Source: a bacterium (lineage in GTDB: Bacteria > SAR324 > NAC60-12). From it: 17,000 nucleotides of DNA. The notes beneath the pieces were generated by a model. It searched no databases. It was given only the letters and a program-made list of their open reading frames with translations, and was not told the DNA's origin. Shown here in pieces: positions 9,068-17,000 of this stretch. Numbering within the stretch: the stretch's first letter is position 1; each line of letters starts with the position of its first letter. The stretch spans positions 1-17,000 of the forward strand of contig CBDDTI010000203.1 in NCBI GenBank assembly GCA_965233585.1, read 5' to 3'. The position numbers and the translations under genes were made by a program.

Positions 9068-10378
9068 ATAAAGTTTCCATATAACGCGCGCTCTGATTGG
9101 TTGAAACAGTGTACTTTATCAGAGAATAAAGAACAGGTAAATGACATTAAGCTGGCTTTCAAATTTTTTAATTCGGACTTTTGACAAATTTGACCCAAAT
9201 TAAACATCCCCTGTGCGAATCAGACAAAATTAATATAAACGATTTTTGTCAGCAGTAAATATGGCTCATGGAGACCAACGCTGACTACAGTAGCGTAGAA
9301 ACTGGATGAAAATAAGACGTTTTGCTAGATTCCGACAAAACACGTAGCGAAATAAACAAATTCTCAACCTAGAGAATTCTTCGATGAAATACATCAGCAT
9401 ACATTACGAAGGCAGAAATAATACTGAAGAAGTAAAACAACGACAGAGAATACCATTGAGCTGTCTCTGTTTACAATGAGAAGCTTTAATTTTGTAAAAA
9501 TGCTCAAACAACACTTACATGCAGTGTAGTAACGTACGCTCGCTTGCTTAGTAGCGGCGGCTTCGGTCATCTCAAGGACTTGAACTTCAACAATTCTGTA
9601 TTCATCGATCAGTTGAAAGCTTGCTCCCGTTTTCGGAGTTGAACAAGTGCGAGCAGTCTAGCCTTTAAAACTTTCACGTTAGTTCGGGCAATCTTGCTGT
9701 AAGCAGGTAAAAGCCGTAAATAACTGTAGCTTCTTTCAAATACAACTCAGCAGTTGGCATTTTCATCCGCAAGCTTTGAGCTCCTTCTTTCGTAATTTCC
9801 ATTAGCATAGAACACGTTTTCGTGACTCACAATGCTGCCGGATTCCTCTGGACTAGCAACCTTTACCTGCTTTTACGTCCTGTTAAAACGTGTTAAACTA
9901 TTAACTGAAAAGCGAACTTTGAAGGCATCCTTCTTCTCTCGAAAGGCAACGAGAAAGGGCGGGAAAGGTTAGCCGAAGTCCAGTTTGTGATTTGACATCT
10001 GTCATGTCGTTAGCCAATCAAGTTATTTGAAGAATTCTAACAAAGATTGTGATTGGTTTATTTTAGCGTACTTTATCAGAGATTAGTAGAAAGCTGACGC
10101 CACATTTTTACTCCTTTGGAAAATAAAATTTGGTTTGAAAATTCAGCGAATGCTTGGGGAAATTATTGAATTCTTTATCATAAAACAAATAAAGAAGCCT
10201 CGACTGTGCTCTGTTCTGTTTTAAAGCACTTAGGAAGTGGTAGAGCATTCAAGAATTAGAAGTGGGGAAAAACACTTGACTGTGTCTCGTGTTTTCCCCT
10301 ACACTTCTTTCGTGCTCTACCGCTTCCTGTGAGCCTTACAACAGAACAGAGCACAGTCGAGGCTTCTTTATTTGTTAA
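9068..10378. mobile_element. ~1.3-kb non-autonomous element with terminal palindrome (Crypton-like, tentative) inserted in LINE ORF2
   Basis: ORF2 reads ...KSPDSDGLTSEFYKRFWEEIGDDVV on one side and SINSAF..ELSMCQKRGII on the other. GTA is present at both junctions (9065-9067, 10379-10381). There are no TIRs between the two ends, and the right end is a 193-bp palindrome. Confidence 0.75.
10184..10376. repeat. Imperfect 193-bp palindrome/hairpin
   Basis: The outer 37 bp (aacaaataaagaagcctcgactgtgctctgttctgtt) perfectly pair with 10340-10376. Imperfect pairing continues to a small central loop near 10280. Confidence 0.95.
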
Positions 10379-10379
10379 G

Positions 10380-11840
10380 TACAACATCATCTCCGATTTC
10401 CTCCCAAAATCGTTTGTAGAATTCGGACGTAAGGCCGTCTGAGTCGGGAGATTTGTCGTTCTTCATTTCGTTTAGGGAATTTATACACTCTTCTCTAGTT
10501 GCTTTACCTTAACAAATTTTTGCACTCTCCTCGCTTAACGATTTAATTAGCTTGTTTTGGAGGAATATTTTACTCTCTGTAATTTCTTCATTGTTGCTGC
10601 TTGACTCATAAAAAGATATAAAAAATTTTTCTTCTTCCTTCAGGATGACTTCCTGATCTTCTGTTTCGGTTCCACCATTCAGACTCACACCCCTTCTTTT
10701 TTCTAAGTTTAAGAAATATCTTGTGTTTTTCTCACCATACTCAACCTATCTCGCTTTGCTTCGTATGATTGCACCCTTTACTTTTTGTACGGTTATTCGT
10801 TTTAATCGCATTTGAATAGCCTGTATATGTATACGTAGTTGTGCATTGTTTTTGCACTTTTCTGACTGAGACAATAATTCGTTTAACTGGGCGTGTAGTT
10901 TTTTTTTCCTCGTCCCTCTTATTTTTAGCTTTCCTTTTGGTGAAAGCTATTGTAAAGCCTCTCACTTCCATTTTCATAAGGTCCCACCTGAGACCTTTAT
11001 CTTCTACGCATTGGTATTTCTTTCGATAAATTTTGATGTTTTCTTTCAATTCAGTGATGTAACTTTCATCTTCCAGAAGGGATGAATTAAATTTCCAAAA
11101 TCCCGGTCCACCTTTTCGTGGAGAGAATCTGGCTGAATAAATAACTTAACAGCACAGTGATCAGAACCTGGTGAATGAATGATATGACAGTCCTTGGCAA
11201 GATTAACTAGGTTTTGCGATACTAAAAAATAATCTATCTATACTGAACTTTAAATGCCTTGTCTCTCCAAGTAAAATGTTTTTCGTTAGGATTCTTTTCT
11301 CTCCACACGTCGTGCATAGAATAAAGATTTATCAGGTTGGAGATTTTGTCGATAACACATTTCTTGTTTTCTACAGATTTCCCTCCCACTTTGTCTAAAT
11401 GAGTTAAAGAACAATTAAAATCACCACCTGTTATAATGTTTTCGTCCACGTAATTTTAGAGTTTGTCCGTAATCCTATCAAAGAATTGCACCTGCTGTGA
11501 CAAATCATTTAGAGAATGTAAGTTGATTAGCACCAATTTAGTGTCATTCAATTTTGTGTCGAGAATAATTAATCTTCCTTGATTATCTCTCCCGAGCTTT
11601 TCCACCATCATAATGCCTTTACTGTGTTTTGTTCCGTGGCTAGAGAAAATCTTTCCATCCCACTCTGCTTCCCATACGTCTTTTAATTTTTCATCGCTGT
11701 AAGTTTCTTGAAAAAAAAAATAGAAATGTGCTTTTTGCTTATGTAGACATCTGAATATTGACCTTCTTTTAATGGACTTCTTCAGCCCTCTAACGTTTAG
11801 GGGAAAAAATTTTGATTTGAATTGGGTTCGAATCGTTCAT
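10380..11840 (-). pseudogene. LINE ORF2 N-terminal part: APE endonuclease and linker (frameshifted)
   Basis: ATG at 11840: MNDSNPIQIKIF(S)LNVRGLKKSIKRRSIF...QETYSDEK, then GGDFNC, DVWR...FTW, SDH, GPGFWKFNSSLL, WDLMKMEVRGFTI and GEKNTRYFLNLEK. Confidence 0.92.
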
Positions 11841-12559
11841 AACTAGAGTTAAATCAGTTTTTGTTTACGCGCTGTGTTTTTTTCTTACAGTTAACACCGT
11901 TTGTATAGAGGTGTGAGAATACGTCTAGTTCGCATGGCTTGATTCTCGCGAATGAAAGACGTGTTATTATTTTTTCCTCATTTATGCTAACTCGTGTCAG
12001 AAATGTGTCATTGTAACATCGAAAGAATACATTAAAGCAATAAACAACATAAACTGAAATAAAAATATACAAACTCACTCATTTTGTGGAAGATCTTCGG
12101 CCATTCTGATTGACGACTCTTTAAGATTGAACCGTTGCCGCCAGGTGGAGTCCCTGTCGGGGCGGCAGGTAAACCTGACGATAATCGGTCTGGGTTTGCT
12201 GTTGCCTGATCTCTTTTTCTTTCCTAAGCGGTGGGCTCCACAAAACATTATGCCTTTCGCTTTTCTTTGGTCGATCTTGAGTTTAGAGACCATAATGTGC
12301 TTGACTAAGTCTGAGCAGCTTTCTTCCTCAGTTTCCGAAACTCCATGAAAAATTAGGTTCCAGTGTCTACTATAGATACTTTGTCTTATTAATTCATCCT
12401 CCTGTCTGTCTTGGTCGCTTTCACATCCTTCTATTCTTTCGTTCGCATCCTCTTGTTGTTTCAGAGTATGTTCAAGCGAGTCTTTAAAAGCCTCTACTAT
12501 GGTGTGAAGCGATTTAATCTCGGCTAGAGCCTGGCCTAGCTGCGTTTGTAGTATCCTTA

Positions 12560-13234
12560 CAGTCAAAACAGCTCAAGCGTTCCTGCCAAGGGTGAGCGAA
12601 TGAGTTTATTATCGCAGATTTGATTTCATTACTCGTTTCAATAGTAAGTTCTTGAAGTGACGTGTAGAAAATTCAAATCAAGACTCGATCCAATACTCGA
12701 ACTTTGATTGGACTAATAAACAATACGCTTATACCATATTTGGAACGCTAAGCCCCAGGACTTCTCCAGTAGCAGCAAAAACTTACATCAAAGATGGCTG
12801 ACATCGAAGCAAGTTCAATGGAAGGAGCAGAAAAGGTAGGTCAAGATACCTAACTATCTTGTTCACTCCACGAACTGTCACCCTCACATCATTTGATATG
12901 TCAGTTACGCTGAATCCTTCATTGTACATTTCAATTATCTCTTCTCTCAAAGGTTCAGAACGAGCTTTTCCTAGCTCGTAAACTCTTCCAAGCCGATTAC
13001 GTTTCCCCGCCATCTTTCTTCTCGCAGGGGAAGTCCTGGTGCTTAGCGTTCCAAATATGGTACAAGCGTATTGTTCATTAGTCCAATCAAAGTTCGAGTA
13101 TTGGATCGAGTCTTGATATGAATTTTCTACTCGTCACTTGAAGAACTTACTATTGAAACGAGTAATGAAATCAAATCTGCGATAATGAACTCATTCGTTC
13201 ACCCTTGGCAGGAACGCTTGAGCTGTTTTGACTG
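12560..13234 (-). mobile_element. Internally deleted Tc1/mariner-superfamily transposon, 675 bp, with ~208-bp TIRs and TA target duplication
   Basis: TA|cagtcaaaacagctcaagcg...cgcttgagctgttttgactg|TA. TIRs 12560-12767 and 13027-13234 have only scattered mismatches. Confidence 0.93.
12783..13013 (-). pseudogene. Truncated transposase N-terminus with paired (PAI)-like helix-turn-helix, 76 aa
   Basis: NRLGRVYELGKARSEPLREEIIEMYNEGFSVTDISNDVRVTVRGVNKIVRY follows the Pax PAI pattern NQLGGVFVNGRPLP..R.KIVE....G.[20 protein letters not shown].RY. The ATG lies just inside the TIR. Confidence 0.8.
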
Positions 13235-13407
13235 TAATTGTTCTTCTTTGATTTCGTCTTTTGCTTGTAATGTTCTAATTAGGTCAAAAAGCTCCAGATA
13301 CAACTCATCTTCTCGTCGGCCATGTTGCTGTTCTTCTCTGGGCGAGTTCTGCCTGGCTCGCTTTGGCTTGTCATTCCGTTTATTTGGAATGGCTTCGGCA
13401 TGGCTCA

Positions 13408-13837
13408 TTAGATATCTTTGAAGTTAACAGTTTGGGAACAAATTCTAAGTGATACTGCAATATTTGAGCTGTTTAGCTCTTCTTTCGAACGCACGTCAAA
13501 AATAGAACGTGTCCGTTTAGGTCGACATCGTCCCCAGTCTCGGAGAAAAGCTTCTTGGTGTGGTAACTGATTCAGATCTTTCTTGAGACTTAAATATTGA
13601 TTAACTAACAAAAAAGCTGATCTCTAGAATATGTCTTCTTATGAGAGGTAAAGTCTGTTGAACTATTGAATACAAAAAGATGTTATTTAATGCCCTCATT
13701 AAGCCAATTCTTAATTGAGTACTGTTGTACTGTTTAAGGTAACTGTTCTGTTGATAACCTTCTAAGGCTGTTACAAGTAAAAAAAAAACCATGTGATTTC
13801 ATGTCACTAGTCCTGGGCCATCCGAGAGGTCCGCCAT
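13408..13837 (-). pseudogene. Candidate extra upstream ORF of the LINE (~142 codons after repairing one stop and one 1-bp indel)
   Basis: ATG at 13837 in aatATGG context is in frame with 13601..13792. A 1-bp change in the T6 run at 13610-13615 joins it to 13408..13611, whose TAA overlaps the ORF1 ATG (TAATG). Confidence 0.45.
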
Positions 13838-13840
13838 ATT
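13831..13840 (+). promoter_or_regulatory. YY1-type motif CCGCCATATT marking the probable LINE 5' end/internal promoter
   Basis: Exact match to CCGCCATNTT, positioned at the boundary between the LINE and the L2/CR1 fragment. Confidence 0.5.
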
Positions 13841-13841
13841 T

Positions 13842-14625
13842 GCATTCGGTGTATTGGATGCCACCATTATAATGACAGCCCCGTAGAACATTTAGGCTGG
13901 GTGCCTATAGATGACATTTGAACGCATTGCAAACTCTTTTTATTACACAAAGTTAGCCAGGATCATTGTCCTGAATATTTCACGCGTATTTTAAACATAT
14001 AAAGTCTATATATATATCTTATTAACTAAGCACGAGGGCGGTACTGGGAGAATATCGGCCCGAGTTCTTGACAGTACGGACCGAACGCAGCGAGGTCCAT
14101 ACAAAAAAGACCAAGGGCCGATATTCTCCCAGGACGGTCCCGAGCAAGCTTGGTTAATAAGAGATTTATTATACGACTGAAGTTGTTTAGAAGAAAAACC
14201 CAAATGATAGACTGAAAAAACTTCAAGCGCGCAATTTTTATTTAGAGCAAGCTGAACGTTTACTCACGTCTGACGTTTTCAAAAAGAAGAAAAACAAAGT
14301 TGGAAGAAAACAAAAATAACCTTTTCTGTGGAGTAAATACGTTTAGAAAAAAAAGAAGTAAAACTACGGGAAAATCTTGGTGCGGGATCATTCGGGACAG
14401 TGCCCGGTCCGATACTTAGAGAATATTGGACCGGCAACGGAGCAATCTGATTGGCTGATTTTAGTTATTGGCCCTCTGAACTAACTTAGTCGTGTAATAA
14501 ACATGGTTACTGAACTAGATCTACTATCTGTAATGACGTTTTGACACCATTAGAGAAAAGAAACTCGGGGTCCGGGACTTTCCACTCAAGTGCCTGTCGT
14601 CTATGGAATAATCTAGGTAACATAA
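13842..14625 (+). mobile_element. Decayed L2/CR1-clade LINE 3' ORF2 fragment, split by an insertion
   Basis: The plus strand gives VLDA...HLGWVPIDDI*THCKLFLLHKVSQDHCPEYF...KHIKSI | HGY*TRS...KRNSGSGTFHSSACRLWNNL, the LGW / P.Y / H.Y.TR / F......LWN.L C-terminal pattern of CR1/L2 ORF2. Confidence 0.7.
14011..14501. mobile_element. ~490-bp non-autonomous element with terminal palindrome (Crypton-like, tentative)
   Basis: Interrupts the L2/CR1 frame between aaagtctata and catggttac. A hairpin spans 14017-14162 with a perfect 18-bp core (ctgggagaatatcggccc/gggccgatattctcccag). The motif ctgattggctg lies near the opposite end. Confidence 0.75.
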
Positions 14626-14677
14626 TTTCCCACTCAAATTAATTTCAATATTATTTGTAGTTAAAATTAAATGACCG

Positions 14678-14915
14678 ACTTCCTTCTTTTGTTGTCACTC
14701 TGGCTGATAAACAAGTTTCCTTTAAAAGCTTTGCATTCAAATGGGCTAAAATGCAAGGAAAACACAGATAAACGTCTATTTTGATCTCAGTTAATTTACA
14801 TTCACTGACAGCCTAACAGAAGCGTGCTTCCTGTGTGCCAGATATTTATTCGCCGGAATGTAGGCACCAATGACAAGGTTTGGTTCTGTAAATTTCCTTT
14901 TGTTCTGCTCCGCAA
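14678..14915 (-). repeat. Diverged inverted copy of 295-495
   Basis: ctctggctgataaacaagt, ttttgatctca, attcactgaca, gcttcctgtgtgccaga and cttttgttct are reverse complements of collinear blocks in 295-495. Confidence 0.75.
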
Positions 14916-15005
14916 AATGTTAAAGCCTTAATGCCAAAAAATACAATTATCCCTTTTTGGAAAAACTTATATAGCAGTTCTCTGCAATATGGTGTTTAGT
15001 TCATA

Positions 15006-15390
15006 CAGCAAAACCCTTGGAGCACCTACGGTTACGACCATCTGTCGTAAAACTACCAAGAGATTTCAAGACAAATCACTACATTTGAAACCTTTTGTAA
15101 CCGACCATCTTTCGTAAAGCGACCGCGGCCGGTTGGAAATTGTCATTGTTTGTAACCTCTCGTCAGCGACCGTTTGACAGATAATGGAGCAGAAGTTGGA
15201 TAATAAGGTTTTTTAACATCACTTGAATAAAACATTTAAAACATAGGGTAAGTCTATTCGGATACCTTATGCTAATACGTAATGAGACAACATTTTGACT
15301 CAATACGGTCTCGGCCCTCGCAAGCGACCACCTCCCGTAAGGATTCACGTAGGCTGTTGGATGGTCGCTTGCAGGCCAGAGGTTCGACCA
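15006..15390. mobile_element. Old MITE-like element (Tc1/mariner/pogo-type) with repeated (ta)agcgacca subterminal motifs
   Basis: Multiple cgacca/gcgacc motifs between 15036 and 15335, inverted at the right end (tggtcgcttgc...gaggttcgacca). TA on both flanks. TIRs are degenerate and the boundaries approximate. Confidence 0.5.
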
Positions 15391-15650
15391 TAGCTTATCA
15401 TGCTTTTAAAAAAATCCATGCAGCATGCCAAACTAGTTTGGCTTGTTTGGTGAGGTGGACTTGTTTTTTTTTTCCTCTAGTAAACTTCCCTTAAAAAGAG
15501 AGCTAGAAAATTCTGGGAAAAGTCGATATGTCTCACATAAAAGTTAAATTAATTGTAAGCTTCTAAATATTCTTTTTCCATCTGGCTAAGGATGTCACAT
15601 GGTAGGGACTGGGTCTTAACTTGCAGCTTTCCGTACCTTTTACTTCCGAT

Positions 15651-15694
15651 CTCCCCCCCCCCCTCCCCCCTCCCCCCCCCCCATTCCCCTCACC
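15651..15694. repeat. C-rich low-complexity tract (G-quadruplex potential on minus strand)
   Basis: Four or more C runs separated by 1-3 nt. Confidence 0.85.
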
Positions 15695-16731
15695 CTTTCC
15701 GGTTCCTTAATAGAGTCTTGGTGGCTCCAAACTCAGGGTGCTTTATGCATTGCAAATTATTGGGTCCTCATCCTAAGATGGATTATTTTAGTTATCATTT
15801 TGTCGCATGACAACGCTATTCAACCGTGCATCTATCCTTTGTTTCCAATAGATCGTGTTGGCGTTCGATGCATCAATATTCTACTGAACTCTCAGCACAA
15901 AATTGCAAATATGTAAATAACGCCTCTTTTTTCTCTTAGATCCCAAAATAGACCTTAATGGCTACATAGAGAACATCTCTACCAGATGACTGACTGATTA
16001 GTGTAGTCAGAATCCTTTTTCTCCCTCTGGCTATAGGCTGAGCCTTGGCCGAACCAGATTTGACAGTCAGAGGAATTATTAACTCAATTATTTCCCAGAT
16101 TTCTTGGGGTGTGAAGGACCGTTCTATGCTGCTTATAGTTAGAAATTGATCGAGATAACTGGGTACAGTGCTGTAAGTGCTTAAATTGAAACCAGAAGAA
16201 GACATTTGTGTGAAATTGGAACAGGATTTGCAACTGCGACTCGAAAGTCCCGAATAGGCTTCGACTATCCTGACAGTTGTTAGATTTCTTCAGGATTCAC
16301 CAAAAGAAAAATTCCTTCCCAAATTAGAGCGCGGGCACATCACTAGACGAGAGAATAGTTTGGCAACATTTAGCTCATTTCCTCTTGTGTCAAGTACGTT
16401 TAAACTTCAAGAGAGTGTTTAACATTCCTGTGGCAAATAGATATCACGTTCAGCCTGCGAATGCAGTCGCCCATCATCGCTTTCAAAGCGACTGAAGCGA
16501 CTGTACTGTATCCATAGGCAACTATCACGTTTGATGGATGGGAAGTTGATTACTAAGCTCAGCTCCACCACGCGCTGAAAGAATGAGTCAGATAGTCTCG
16601 CCAAACAAGCTAAAAATACCAGACTTGAGACGCACATTTTGACCCCTTTAAGTCCTTTAACAGTATCAATTGAGTTCGGGAATATTCTTTTTTAAAATAA
16701 TGTCGAGGGAGCCGCAATTACTCCTGTTACG

Positions 16732-16764
16732 TTATTTTATTTTATTTTATTTATTTATTTATTT
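16732..16764. repeat. (TTTTA)/(TTTA)n microsatellite
   Basis: ttattttattttattttatttatttatttattt seen directly. Confidence 0.85.
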
Positions 16765-17000
16765 GGTTACGTTACGGGACTGGATCTACCATTTTTCAGT
16801 CATTTTGAGTTAAAAAAATATTTTATTTTCCATCATTTTAAAAGCCTTTTTAGCTTGTTTTGGTCTTCCAACAAACTAAAAAGCCTCTTTGCTTTTCGAT
16901 GCTTTCATCGGAGACTTTTGTTTTGGGATTGAACAGTGTCTTTTTGTAGGTGCGCTGCATTCAGTCCACTTTCCCTGTTAAAAATTCATTTTGCAAGAAG

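Larger units (their letters stand above)
12075..13408 (-). pseudogene. LINE ORF1 (L1-type nucleic-acid chaperone), interrupted by a Tc1/mariner element; 218 aa when rejoined
   Basis: Removing 12560-13234 plus one TA fuses ...KDEIKEEQL to RILQTQLGQ... in frame. A coiled coil is followed by YSRHWNLIFHGVSE, AHRLG, PRPIIVRF and EDLP, the L1 ORF1p RRM/CTD pattern. Confidence 0.88.
7489..13840 (-). mobile_element. Decayed L1/Tx1-clade non-LTR retrotransposon, 3'-truncated, with two nested insertions
   Basis: Collinear L1-type ORF1 (coiled coil plus RRM-like region), a ~235-bp spacer, and ORF2 with APE endonuclease and RT motifs. Many frameshifts. No 3' tail. Confidence 0.92.

Noticed and set aside
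10184..10376. Hairpins here and at 14017-14162 as miRNA precursors or terminators
   Set aside because: Both sit at the ends of insertions that interrupt other elements, so they are better explained as transposon termini. No expression evidence is available.
12783..13013. A genuine Pax gene exon
   Set aside because: It is enclosed by 208-bp TIRs with a TA duplication inside a LINE ORF, and lacks the near-invariant Pax residues and RED subdomain.
15006..15390. CRISPR-like array of gcgacca motifs
   Set aside because: The motifs are short, degenerate and irregularly spaced, in a eukaryotic context with no cas genes.
16148..16190. Plus-strand DRDNWVQCCKCLN* resembling a CW/PHD finger start
   Set aside because: It is flanked by stops on both sides and the remaining Cys/His ligands are absent.

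Overview
AT-rich animal genomic DNA. The GPCR subfamily and repeat types suggest a stony coral or other cnidarian, which is an inference. Left part: an intact rhodopsin-class GPCR with a single coding exon (2089-3027, minus), a decayed tandem paralogue (5169-5792), a 40-bp scrap of a third paralogue and a Harbinger-type MITE. A near-identical 1.66-kb inverted duplication (828-2491 / 5831-7488) copies the GPCR TM5-TM7 region and 3' flank. Right part: a nest of transposons. A decayed L1/Tx1-clade LINE (7489-~13840, minus, 5'-complete but 3'-truncated) carries a 1.3-kb hairpin-ended Crypton-like element in ORF2 and a 675-bp long-TIR Tc1/mariner derivative in ORF1. That derivative encodes a Pax-paired-like domain. 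The LINE abuts an L2/CR1 3' fragment, itself split by a second hairpin-ended element. The most unusual signal is a candidate third, 5'-most LINE ORF (~142 codons after two repairs) whose stop overlaps the ORF1 start as TAATG.
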